Shown here piece after piece: positions 18,901-26,826 of a DNA stretch of 64,000 nt. The notes beneath the pieces are model-generated. The model had not been told where the DNA came from and searched no databases. It was given only the letters and a program-made list of their open reading frames with translations. The DNA lies in the NCBI GenBank assembly GCA_964502345.1, contig CAZCWH010000001.1:167-64166 (forward strand). Direction: 5' to 3'. The position numbers and the translations under genes are program-made. Positions within the stretch are counted from its first letter, which is position 1. Each line of letters begins with the position of its first letter. The stretch is from an uncultured Candidatus Saccharibacteria bacterium. Lineage in GTDB: Bacteria; Patescibacteriota; Minisyncoccia; Phycocordibacterales; UBA918.

Positions 18901-20331
18901 GGTAAAGACGGTTTGGGAGCCGGCTAACACATGTGATGTACCTGCGGTACTCACATTGCTATCTATTGTGTACTGGGTGTAGGAGTCATTACTATTGATT
19001 TCGTCAAAGGCAGTTGTGCGTACATGGATCCCTGGAAAAATATCAGCGAGAGTTTCTCCAAAAATATCATTATCTGTGTCATCAAACCACGTTGCATAAA
19101 TCCGTTCATCACTGACCAGATTTAAATTGATGCCGTACATATCATCAGCGCTCGTATTGAGTGGCCCCTGCTCATATCCCCAACTTGCCATGTCATCAGT
19201 CGACTTGCGCCAGTAAATATTTCCAGTCGCTAGTGTGAGAGGTGTTGTACGAGCACTATATGCTACGTACACATCGTCATTAGAGGCATCAAGTGCGATA
19301 GCAACATTCGTGATTCCTTTCTCACTATACCTCACAACCTCTTTTGTCGAGGTCCACGTACCACTCGAGTATCGTGCAGTGCGAATCTGATCGTCAGCTC
19401 CAAGGGTCGTATTACGTGCGATATATGCCAAATACACATCTCCTGTCGTCGGACTCACCGTAACAGCCATTCCAACATCATACGTAGTGTTATCTGTTGC
19501 ATTTGCATCTATGGTCGTCGATGCAGCGTCCCATGAGCCTGTGCCATTGTTCCAAACCTTACTCTCAATATTCTCTGCAACCGCAGCAACGTCACGATGA
19601 ATTGCTATGATGTCGCCACCTGGGAGAGGAGCGAGTATTGCATAGTTATTGGTAAGCCCAAATGGATTTGTACCGGTCTCAGACCAACTTCCTGCGACAT
19701 TACAACTTGAAGAACATTCAACAACAAATGAATCGGAGGCATCTATACTGCTTGCATAGATTGTTCCATCTGTTCCCTTCGTAATAGAAATTTGGTTTGC
19801 ACCTGCCGTAATGGTTCCACCCTGCCCCGTAGTCATACTAACTGGTGAGCTCCCCAAGAGGAGTGTATCCCCATTGGTATCAAGACGGTTATACCAAACA
19901 TCATCTGGGTTAGTATCGAGTGTAGCTATATGGATGTAAGTTCCAGTATCCCCTGGTGTCCACTGGTCGTACCAGACTTGCACTGAGATACAGTCAACCT
20001 GTGCATCGACTGTTGTTGTAGCGCTCCAGGTCTGCCCTCCATCCGTTGTTTTACGGTACACACAGTATCCTGGAGCATCAACAAAGAATTTGTATCCTGT
20101 TTGATCATCAATAAATACCGTTTGCGAACCCGACAGTATGTGCGACGTACCAACGGTACTTGCATCAGAATCAATAGTTGCCTGTGCAGCTTCAGCAGTA
20201 GGTACTATCCTCGTTAATAGTGCATCACCAAAACTGCTAAGCAAAAAAACGAGTATAAGAATAGACGCAACAGTCTTCTTCACTCGCAAGAGTTTTTTAA
20301 ATACAATACCTCCCATTGTCACCATTATCAC
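12916..20331 (-). CDS. giant secreted surface protein (2471 aa). It has two tandem BNR/Asp-box sialidase-like beta-propellers, repeated ~190-aa HYHWRxDDG...YCFR modules, and a conserved C-terminal module.
   Basis: signal peptide. Asp-box motifs TTDGGQTW and STDGMTTW occur in two ~390-aa units that are ~85% identical at the DNA level (about 17780-18980 and 19010-20180). The C-terminus ...GTSIRYIAVPIF is shared with the 378-aa protein. Confidence 0.85.
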   Translation of the reverse strand: MIMVTMGGIVFKKLLRVKKTVASILILVFLLSSFGDALLTRIVPTAEAAQATIDSDASTVGTSHILSGSQTVFIDDQTGYKFFVDAPGYCVYRKTTDGGQTWSATTTVDAQVDCISVQVWYDQWTPGDTGTYIHIATLDTNPDDVWYNRLDTNGDTLLLGSSPVSMTTGQGGTITAGANQISITKGTDGTIYASSIDASDSFVVECSSSCNVAGSWSETGTNPFGLTNNYAILAPLPGGDIIAIHRDVAAVAENIESKVWNNGTGSWDAASTTIDANATDNTTYDVGMAVTVSPTTGDVYLAYIARNTTLGADDQIRTARYSSGTWTSTKEVVRYSEKGITNVAIALDASNDDVYVAYSARTTPLTLATGNIYWRKSTDDMASWGYEQGPLNTSADDMYGINLNLVSDERIYATWFDDTDNDIFGETLADIFPGIHVRTTAFDEINSNDSYTQYTIDSNVSTAGTSHVLAGSQTVFTDDQTGYKFFVDAPGYCVYRKTTDGGQTWSGTTTVDAQVDCISIQVWYDQWTPGDTGDYIHIATLDTNPDDVWYNRLDTTSDTLLMGSAPVSTTNAQGGTITVGTNQISITKGTDGTIYASSIDASDSFVVECSASCNLAGSWSETGTNPFGLTNNYAILAPLPGGNIIAIHRDVGAAAENIESKVWNNGAGSWDAASTTIDSNAIDNATYDVGMAVTVSPTTGDVYLAYIADNATPGNDVLRTAVYSAGTWTPKTNVSASVVLGLTNVAIALDTSNDDVYVAYSAQATANTANTANVLWKRSTDGMTTWEYEQGPVNTSPDDIYGVDVGFVNSERLYVTWFDNTDDDIYGATLANLPSTAIATTGSQIASLYASTSNVYVGSVFSLYNTDETQAYDITGITITESGTIDGSADIANVKLFYELDTVSPYDCASVTYGGSESQFGSTDGNGFSGADGTSGFTGSTVNVDATEALCVYPVMDVLDSADSSSTIEISIANPASDVTVTSSSAGPSASQDLSGTTLVYNDTPTLVHYHWRNDDGNETTATSKTSGVEDTSLTAMRQGSTTRLRVEVSNEGSSSTPAMQYRLEYAPNPSTCEAATGWTDIGSAGGDFDMVDTLNLTDGADTTNIASGINGAVTDENATFLTPNGGVKDTVSQTGQITLSSSEFVELEYSIVASTTAVEGNTYCFRVTNQGQALSAYSVIPRANISSDVLVTIATTSQTATTTIPATDFYVGSAFVITENVSTRNVTSITISENGTVDAQTDLDNIELHYDLDTTAPYDCASDSYTGGEAQFGSTDTDGFSGPNGTSTFTGSVSISTTSTMCLYTVLDTTDTAQNDETIDIIMESPSSNLIVSGGGSVSPSITRDMNGSTTLLGAVLTQTHYHWRSDNGDETTATSLSGDAEDTAISNVAQTTPVRLRLQVSNEGTVTSLARALRLEYGAKITTCSAVTSWTDVGATGGAWEMYDSINLTDGDDSTDISILGGGVSNENSSFLSPNSAIKDTSSIIATTSITSSEYLEAEFSIEQTVDAGNDITYCFRLAASSVELNAYSKYAELTTSPERDFEIQRNSATILMGATSTTLVAGVHYITPNASTSAFIRITNIGITGAGHASGNTAAQNATNTTAYILNPSNIMTSVTIARTGVATSTRVDWEIIEFIGEPGSDNEMIVHDQTFIAYGVASTSATGSIVSGITNDDDVVVFITGQQSPDTGSANYDALPSTSAWDANNDTPYFWRGATGTDAVRVSYAVVEFKGPNWVVQRSEHTYSAAGVTETEAITALGNLTRTFIHTQKRNNRLLNGTDEFGAEVWLSSVGSVSYFLQAGATTPSGQTSVAWIIENTQTAAGAMEVTQSNGFTTGGTAPLTVSVTLPNGKVLTDLTNASIFANARSSLTTTIFPRAIAGITIASSTAFEIWRSNTGSVLTYRAEIVEWPTAGLALEQLHYQLFVDNNALKPTDPWPVGGQDLGEDTTLTATDEPLGEGERIRIRMSLQALNATWPAGTKAFKLQYAPMVSTCSAISEANWNTLGNAASSTIWRGFNATGTTDGTLLSGDPPTLGDLVLPSISDVAGTLEEENDTDANAHAVQVNETIEYDWIVEQNGANAETYYCFRMVETNGELLGNYYQHPKIRTASFTPKTQNWRWYDDENNETPVTPLAIENVAPIDIANGQAVKLRVVVKEVKNISRDDVRFKLQYSEYANFETVADVVATSTCTATSTWCYADGGGTDNSEITTGTLSDADSCVAGVGNGCGTHNESPQALSGFRHEGGDATEYEFTIQSAGPRVNLVYYFRLYDVVQGVPVSTNNSEQYPSLVTEGASLVFSVGGVASSTATEGITTDVASGTTTIPFGILPIGSDVEAVQRLRVTTNATEGYRIFMIATDDFMSGSEAIIPPITGTNASPIDWSTGCSTEATGCAGYHSGDDTLYNSNARFSAIDTYARMSTTTLDEVAYSSVPVTNEITDIVFKLKVRQSQPAGVYGTSIRYIAVPIF

Positions 20332-20335
20332 CTAC

Positions 20336-22123
20336 TTACGTGCTCGATGCGACTGTTTCCTGTGAGTCCAGAGTATCAGTAATTGGTTCAACGTACGGAG
20401 TAATAATTAGATCTTCAATATGCGCTACATCCTCCTCAAAGAGAGACTCAACTGAAGGGATAACGACATCTGAAATACTTGATGTGGCTCCATCAGTATC
20501 GAATTCAGTCTCAAGAATTACATCATCGGTCGATGTTGCAAAATGCGTAGGTGGGGGTATAACCACATCCACTAAAGTGCCTGTCTCCGTCGATGTCGCA
20601 TACGTATCATCGGTAGGATCAGGCTCTGGATTAGTTGACGTTGCTATTTTTGTTTTTACTTGAACGGGTGGTTGCACAAGTGCTCGTTCCTCACCAGTTT
20701 GCTCAGGATCTGGAATCTCTTGTGGTACAGATGTGGGAGAGGAATTAAGAGGCATGACCTCACCACTTTCAAGATCGTATCCTTTAGTCTCTACGTCACC
20801 GTTTTCATGCTTTGTATCATACACAAGCACAAAGCGAGGATTATCAACTGATGCTCCATCAGCATCCTCAATAATGCTTACCTGTTTCGTAATCCGATCA
20901 TAGACCTTTACACGCCATGCATTGTTATCAAATGCCTGCCAAATAATGTAGTTACCGTTTATACGTGGTGATACATCACTCGTGGTGTTATCAGTAATCA
21001 TACTGAGTTCACCTTTCTCTTCAAGCATTACTTCCCAATCACTGCCAACCCAACCCTGCCAAACTGTGATGTCACCATACCGAGAAGGCTCCATATTATT
21101 ATAGCGATCGCTCGTAAGTTGCGCTTCCTCTCCTGTCTCAACGTCATAAGAAATAATTTGGTACCGCTCATCTATGAGCCGGTGCCAAACAATTGTATTT
21201 GATACCTCGTCAAAGTAAGGAGCATCATCATCAAGCATATTAAAGGAAATTTGAATGAGTTCGCCATCTCGCTCAACGAAAATTTCTTTATCACCATCCT
21301 GATCTACTGCGGAAAATACTCTATCGGTTCCAAATACTGAAGGTGTCGTCGTTCCAGAAGAGCAGTAAAATGATCCGTCGCCTACACTCACACACTCATC
21401 TTTTGAAAAGGTGAATTTGCTAGCCTCATCAATCGCAAGGCTTATTGCAGTCGTATCTATCTGAACTACTTCTGGGGTTACAGTAGCAACCTCTGAAATG
21501 GGAGCTGTCTCAATATCTATAATATCCTCTGTACTTGATGCGGCAGGTGGTTGCACATCCTCTATAACAGGCGGGATACTTTCTGGAATTATTTCACCCG
21601 TAGTTGTGGCAGACTGATCATCTGATGTTGTTGTAGCTGTTTCTTCACTTTGAGAAATACCTTCGCTTTCAGGATTAGTAGAAGATGATGAGCTACTCAA
21701 TTCAACATCTTGCAGGACAGGCGCTTCTGTTTCCTCATCTTGAGAGATGTCTTCTAAAGTCGTACTAGCTTCACTCTCTTCAATATACTCAAGGCTTTCA
21801 ATGTTAGTTTCTTCTGTCGCGAGTTCGCTGTCAGGCAGTAAGTCATCAATAGCAGCAGTATCCTCATCACTAACTATTTCTTCTACTTTCGCACTTTCAG
21901 TAGTATCAGAAGAAATTTCAGCTTCAGTCACAGACTCAGATTCAACGCCTCCAGCATCTTCCTGAATGGAAGCTGTTTCTAGAGTATCCACTTCAGAAGC
22001 AAACGCAGGCGCCATCGGGAGAAGTACAAGTACACAGAAAAGGAAAGACGCCAAAAGGCGAGACATTTCATATAAAAATCCTCGCGTATTTTTCTTCGCT
22101 TCTTCTTTATGCGACCTGTTCAT
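20336..22123 (-). CDS. secreted protein with an acidic low-complexity N-region and beta-propeller-like repeats (IVWHR.../ITVWQGW.../YIIWQAF...)
   Basis: 595 aa with a signal peptide. An E/S/T-rich stalk is followed by three TolB-like repeat blades. Confidence 0.6.
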   Translation of the reverse strand: MNRSHKEEAKKNTRGFLYEMSRLLASFLFCVLVLLPMAPAFASEVDTLETASIQEDAGGVESESVTEAEISSDTTESAKVEEIVSDEDTAAIDDLLPDSELATEETNIESLEYIEESEASTTLEDISQDEETEAPVLQDVELSSSSSSTNPESEGISQSEETATTTSDDQSATTTGEIIPESIPPVIEDVQPPAASSTEDIIDIETAPISEVATVTPEVVQIDTTAISLAIDEASKFTFSKDECVSVGDGSFYCSSGTTTPSVFGTDRVFSAVDQDGDKEIFVERDGELIQISFNMLDDDAPYFDEVSNTIVWHRLIDERYQIISYDVETGEEAQLTSDRYNNMEPSRYGDITVWQGWVGSDWEVMLEEKGELSMITDNTTSDVSPRINGNYIIWQAFDNNAWRVKVYDRITKQVSIIEDADGASVDNPRFVLVYDTKHENGDVETKGYDLESGEVMPLNSSPTSVPQEIPDPEQTGEERALVQPPVQVKTKIATSTNPEPDPTDDTYATSTETGTLVDVVIPPPTHFATSTDDVILETEFDTDGATSSISDVVIPSVESLFEEDVAHIEDLIITPYVEPITDTLDSQETVASST

Positions 22124-22255
22124 AGCTCTACGTTCAGGGGCGTAGAAATTGACCTAATACCCCTGATACCTGTAATGGTACCAGTATATACACTGCTTCT
22201 CCACAGTTTTATCAACAGAGTAAGTTAATCTCTTTACCAAGCACATCTACGGAGC

Positions 22256-22993
22256 TTACTTAATAAATGAGTCAGCTAGAAGTATTGAAAAATCCTTAAG
22301 CGTCATGCGCCCGTCTCCATTAAAATCAAAAATCTTACCTTTTGTGAACCATGCTGCCATAAAGGCAGAGATGTCTTTAAGGTCCACTTCCCCATTACCG
22401 TCGAGATCAGTCACGAAGGCAACCTCAGCAGTTCCAATAAGCTCACCATCTACACCCGTTATGTAGATTCTTGTCTCGTCGTCCTCAACGTCCGCGACAT
22501 CAACAAGTGTTCCTAATCCATCTCCCGCAACAAATGTAGCGTTATCGGTGGTCACCTTAGCAATACCTGATTCGAGTGCTTTTGCATTGATTCGAGCAAT
22601 CGTATGCTCTCCAATAAAACCCTTTCTAAATGTTCCTCCCCGCATATATATGCGCCCATCCTTTGCATAGGGTTTCTCTGTCCACAGTGTAATGACTGAG
22701 GTCCCCGTATCAACACTTTCGATGCTCATCTGTGATTCTGGATACTTTATGGTTATATCAACAGCATTTACCGGTGTATGTGCTGTTGCGCGTACTTCTA
22801 TGTAAAAATTCTCACCTTCGAGTACTGAAGACGGACTTGTGTGAATTGAAATATATGAAGTATTTTCTGTGATTACAGAAGCAAGGCTTGCAAAGAGTGC
22901 CGTGAGTACAACCAGTGGAAATGCATATCGAACAGTCTTACCAGTTGTAAGCGTATATGATGGAAACATCATTTTCCAAATCTTTTCAAACAT
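22256..22993 (-). CDS. small secreted protein with an N-terminal cohesin-like domain and a C-terminal dockerin-like module
   Basis: cohesin-like segment VLEGENFYIEVRATAHTPVNAVDITIKYPESQMSIESVDTGTSVITLW. The C-terminus DLDGNGEVDLKDISAFMAAW...DFNGDGRMTLKDFSILLADSF is two Ca-binding dockerin-like repeats. Confidence 0.6.
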   Translation of the reverse strand: MFEKIWKMMFPSYTLTTGKTVRYAFPLVVLTALFASLASVITENTSYISIHTSPSSVLEGENFYIEVRATAHTPVNAVDITIKYPESQMSIESVDTGTSVITLWTEKPYAKDGRIYMRGGTFRKGFIGEHTIARINAKALESGIAKVTTDNATFVAGDGLGTLVDVADVEDDETRIYITGVDGELIGTAEVAFVTDLDGNGEVDLKDISAFMAAWFTKGKIFDFNGDGRMTLKDFSILLADSFIK

Positions 22994-22995
22994 AG

Positions 22996-23655
22996 TTACG
23001 TGCCAAGTTCAGCTCGTAAGTTATCAATCTGCTTATCAATAACGTTCAGTGTTTCTGATATGTTTTGTGCAGTACTTGCAAGCCCTTGCACGTTTTTACT
23101 TGATGTTTGCTCACCTTTTATAAGTGCGGTGATAATATCACCTTGTATAGTGGTAAGTTCTGTAAGATATGCACTTCGGTCTTTCTCAAGATCGATAATC
23201 TTCCCCCAGGTATCGAGATTATTGAACGAAACAGTTTTTGGGCTAATAACTTTAAGTAACGCAATACTTTCCTCTAATGATGCATACTCACGTTCGAGAC
23301 GCGACACCATGAGTGCCTTTCTTTCTGCATAGAAACTCCCGCAGCTTTCAAATAATTGTTGAACGATTATGAGATCCTTGTTTGTAAGTGACTCTAGGCG
23401 ACCCAAAAGGAGGTCAAATTCATTTCGTCTTGGACAGTCTTGAATAATTGCCCCAACGACACCATCTGCGCCATTCCAGTCTGTTGTATCAGCAAGTCCA
23501 ACCATGAGCTCGACTTGTGCATCAATGTTTTCTTGAATTTTTTGCACCACTTCTTCTTTTTGGTAATGTGCGACCCACGCACCGGCAGTAATTGCTCCTG
23601 CAATGATACAGAGGTGGATACTTATGAGTAAGTGCGAATTCAGAAAGGATTTCAT
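22996..23655 (-). CDS. hypothetical membrane-anchored coiled-coil protein
   Basis: 219 aa with an N-terminal TM. The remainder is predicted helical/coiled. Confidence 0.5.
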   Translation of the reverse strand: MKSFLNSHLLISIHLCIIAGAITAGAWVAHYQKEEVVQKIQENIDAQVELMVGLADTTDWNGADGVVGAIIQDCPRRNEFDLLLGRLESLTNKDLIIVQQLFESCGSFYAERKALMVSRLEREYASLEESIALLKVISPKTVSFNNLDTWGKIIDLEKDRSAYLTELTTIQGDIITALIKGEQTSSKNVQGLASTAQNISETLNVIDKQIDNLRAELGT

Positions 23656-23659
23656 GCTT

Positions 23660-25405
23660 CTATTGTACTATATGTTCGATATCTGATATTTCCTTTCGTA
23701 TCTTTGACCGTGCGTCAGCGAGATCTGTTTCAATTTGATCTATAAGAGTATTTTCTGCCTGTGTGAGCTTGCCTTTTCGTGACTCTTTCAGCTTTTCAAC
23801 ATTTTTGTGCATGTTGGTCATTACTTCGTCGAGCTCTATCTTCATTATACTCTCTACCTCAAGGGTTTCTTTCTCAACTTTTCGACGCCACACCGCAAGC
23901 CTGTGCCAGAGATACCAGCAACCAAAAATCAGTACAATAGAGAGTGAGATAAGCGGAACAAGTACAGAAAGCACCGTCACAACAAACGAACCAATTCGTA
24001 CGAATCCTGGTTCCTCAACTATAATTCTAATCGGATCTGAGACATCACTTGTTGCGCCGTGCATGTCTGTTGCAATTGCCGTTATGTCATACACACCAAT
24101 TTCAAATGGTGCGTCAGGGATGAATATGAATGCACCTCCCCCGTCGGATTTAAGTGTGTACGTTTTTGTAGCACCATCTGTTGGTGTCACTGACACCTCT
24201 ACCTGTGCGTCAGGACGTGTAGTACCCCTCAGTGCTGGGATTACTTCAGCGTTAATTCGTGATGGATACTCAGTAAAAAGTGGTTTCTCAAATGCTGTAA
24301 TATCAAATGAATATGTAGCAACTCGACTGTTACCTGCACCATCAAATGCTTCTACGATAAGTGTATGGTGTCCTGGCGCTATTGAAGGAAGCACGTACTT
24401 TCTCGTTTCTTCCTCATCTAGATATTCAAAAGGGTCAGTAGCATCAATCTGTATTTTGTATCGTGTTACAGGAGAAATATCTTCCACAGTAAACTGAAGT
24501 GTTCGCTTTGGATTTGATGGATCAAAATCAGTATCTTCTGAAACAGTAAATGCTGACGGCGCCTCACTATCTACCTGGATTTTAAAGTGGGTTACCCTAC
24601 CCCATCCCTCTGCATTTTTAAACTGAATATGGAAATACGATATGCCTTGTGGCAAATCCTCGAGTGTACGTGATCGAATGGGCTCGTCATATACGATGGT
24701 TGGTATTGTACTTGGAGCAGTGTCGAGTAATGTACGTACTGCAATAATTCCACTCGGTAGTTCCCAACTAAGCTCTGCAGCGTCATTCTTGTACCAGGTC
24801 TCCTGATTACCATGAGTCGTTGAAGTGACAACTGGAGCCTTTGGGGTATTGGCTGGTGCAATATACTCAGGCTCTGGATTACTCGTTACTGCAGAAATTG
24901 TATAGGAAGAACCAGTCATTGATGTCAGAACATTTGTTCCAAGTCCATCAGCTGCAAGCACTGAACCACTCTTAAAGGTGACTTTTGGATTACCTGCACC
25001 AAGAGGTCTAAACGTAATTGTTAAAATGTTCCCCGAGGCTCCGGTGTAACCCGTTGGTGATCCTCCTCCAAACGATATTGTGCCTAATGTATTTGAAAAA
25101 CTTGGCTCCTGTGTCCACAAATTAAAAATGGAACTCGCTCGAGAGACACTGACGACAGAAAGCTCCTTTGGGTTATAAGAAAGCTGACCATCTGCAGCAT
25201 TGACTGCTTTGTTTTGAGTATTAATGATCACATTTGCGGTAAATGTCCCTCCAACGGTATACACTCCCGTATCTGGACTCACACGAAGTGTTGCAGCATG
25301 TGCCGACTGTGTCATACAGATATACAACACACTCAAGAGACCAACGATGATGATCGTTCGTAAAAATACTATTCCTATACTATTCGATTTCAACATTGTC
25401 TTCAT
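23660..25405 (-). CDS. cohesin-domain bitopic membrane protein with a cytoplasmic coiled-coil tail
   Basis: signal peptide, then a cohesin-like domain (ATLRVSPDTGVYTVGGTFTANVIINTQNKAVNAADGQLSYNPKELSVVSVS...NLW). Ig-like domains follow, then a TM (IGSFVVTVLSVLVPLISLSIVLIFGCWYLW) and a ~90-aa charged helical tail. Confidence 0.7.
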   Translation of the reverse strand: MKTMLKSNSIGIVFLRTIIIVGLLSVLYICMTQSAHAATLRVSPDTGVYTVGGTFTANVIINTQNKAVNAADGQLSYNPKELSVVSVSRASSIFNLWTQEPSFSNTLGTISFGGGSPTGYTGASGNILTITFRPLGAGNPKVTFKSGSVLAADGLGTNVLTSMTGSSYTISAVTSNPEPEYIAPANTPKAPVVTSTTHGNQETWYKNDAAELSWELPSGIIAVRTLLDTAPSTIPTIVYDEPIRSRTLEDLPQGISYFHIQFKNAEGWGRVTHFKIQVDSEAPSAFTVSEDTDFDPSNPKRTLQFTVEDISPVTRYKIQIDATDPFEYLDEEETRKYVLPSIAPGHHTLIVEAFDGAGNSRVATYSFDITAFEKPLFTEYPSRINAEVIPALRGTTRPDAQVEVSVTPTDGATKTYTLKSDGGGAFIFIPDAPFEIGVYDITAIATDMHGATSDVSDPIRIIVEEPGFVRIGSFVVTVLSVLVPLISLSIVLIFGCWYLWHRLAVWRRKVEKETLEVESIMKIELDEVMTNMHKNVEKLKESRKGKLTQAENTLIDQIETDLADARSKIRKEISDIEHIVQ

Positions 25406-26471
25406 AGAGTGCTAACAGTTTTTGCTTGCGTCGCCAGAGCATGTATACAATAAGCCCACACACAACGATTACGAGCGTCCCCACAACAACCCACGTAATA
25501 ATTGTGCCCAAGGTTAATGTACGCATTGCCTCTGCAGGAACGAGGACCGCAACAGTTTCATTTCCTGCCTTATCAATTGCTTTGACACGTATTGTGCTAT
25601 TAAGTGTTTGATCAGTTAGGACATATGGGCTTTCAGTTGTCACCCATGGCGCATCAGCTCTCCCCCACCTAAATGCATAGAAATCTTCAAAGGGTTCTTC
25701 CATTACTTCATAGTGGTCGATTCCTGATTGTTTATCATGACTATTAAAGGATATGAAGTAGCGTCCACTAAACGCGAAATCATCTTTGAAAAGACTTATT
25801 AAAAAATCTGATGGCTTAGTGGTGTCCGTCTGGACACGATTTTTCCAGTCGTCTTCAGTTGTTTCACCTGCAGTGCCAAGTAGTGTGATTATGGCTCCCT
25901 GTGTACGTAGTGAAGCTGGAGTGCCGAAACCATCATGAATAAGCACTTGCGATGTCTCGTCAACCCAAATATTAGCTGTGGGTGCATCTCCAGCTCCGAT
26001 ACTAAAACCAGGTGACCGGAAGACAAGTTCTGCAATTATATTCGTGAGACTCGGATCACCAGCAATTCTTCCACAGTATCCACCAGGCAAGCCTCCTGCG
26101 AGTGTAATCGTGTGATTTTCTTCATCAATCTTAGGGTCCTCGAGCCAAATATTGAGAATTGAATCACCGCGCGATACATCAACGGCTCTGATGGCTGAAT
26201 CATACTTAATTACAGCATCGACTGCATTGATACATTCCCCTTCATCTGTATCAATTCTTAAACCGACCGTCACAGTATCACCTCGATTTAAATTTATTTC
26301 TCCTGGATCAAAATATAGAAGTGCAGCTTGTGTATGCACACATAACACCAAAAACAGTAGTGAAGAAAATAAAAAATAGGCGAAACCTCGCACGACATGC
26401 TGAATGGCGCTGTGCATATGTACGTATAGTATAACAGTCACTATAGTCTGACATAGCCCCACTACCCACAT
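25380..26471 (-). CDS. cohesin-domain membrane protein (N-terminal signal/anchor, cohesin-like domain, C-terminal TM)
   Basis: LLYFDPGEINLNRGDTVTVGLRIDTDEGECINAVDAVIKYDSAIRAVDVSRGDSILNIW is cohesin-like. The C-terminal TM is TIITWVVVGTLVIVVCGLIVYMLW. Confidence 0.65.
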   Translation of the reverse strand: MWVVGLCQTIVTVILYVHMHSAIQHVVRGFAYFLFSSLLFLVLCVHTQAALLYFDPGEINLNRGDTVTVGLRIDTDEGECINAVDAVIKYDSAIRAVDVSRGDSILNIWLEDPKIDEENHTITLAGGLPGGYCGRIAGDPSLTNIIAELVFRSPGFSIGAGDAPTANIWVDETSQVLIHDGFGTPASLRTQGAIITLLGTAGETTEDDWKNRVQTDTTKPSDFLISLFKDDFAFSGRYFISFNSHDKQSGIDHYEVMEEPFEDFYAFRWGRADAPWVTTESPYVLTDQTLNSTIRVKAIDKAGNETVAVLVPAEAMRTLTLGTIITWVVVGTLVIVVCGLIVYMLWRRKQKLLALYEDNVEIE

Positions 26472-26826
26472 AAAAAACCCATCTCGCTCTAAAGTGACCC
26501 AATGTCACTTTAGAGGAGGTTCTCGATAGTTTAATCCGCCTGAGGGCGGAGAGAACTATCATAGAACCAGAACAGCTTCTGTAAGAAGGTGGCTAGCCAC
26601 CACGAGCTTGGCTTTTCTTTTGAGCAAATCCATTTGCTCAAAAGAAAAACCCGTCTCGTGGTGCGACCCAATTTCTAAGGAGCGAAGCGACTATAGAAAT
26701 GGAAGTACTCCTAGATCAGCTCCGAACATCGCAGAATTCAAACATAGTGTAGCGGGTGGGATAAAAGAAAAACCCGTCTCGTGGTGGGAGATAGGGTTTT
26801 TCTAAACTCTTGTACTGTTGCTTGTT

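Noticed and set aside
12916-20331. Calling the 2471-aa protein an active sialidase
   Set aside because: Asp-box motifs indicate the fold, but the catalytic Arg triad, Tyr and Glu cannot be placed by eye. Only 'BNR/sialidase-like propeller' is claimed.
13132-20365. Plus-strand and alternate-frame ORFs inside the 2471-aa gene
   Set aside because: Same reasoning: they overlap a continuous, domain-rich minus-strand ORF.
22159-22215. Promoter for the 20336..22123 gene (minus-sense TTGATA-N19-TATATA) and an antisense plus-strand TTGACC-N16-TGTAAT
   Set aside because: The spacers are non-optimal and the region is AT-rich enough for chance matches. The support is too weak to list as features.
26608-26805. 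65-aa plus-strand ORF in the 26.6-kb intergenic region
   Set aside because: It spans the 17-bp-arm palindrome and the repeated motifs and has no RBS. More likely non-coding structured DNA/RNA.
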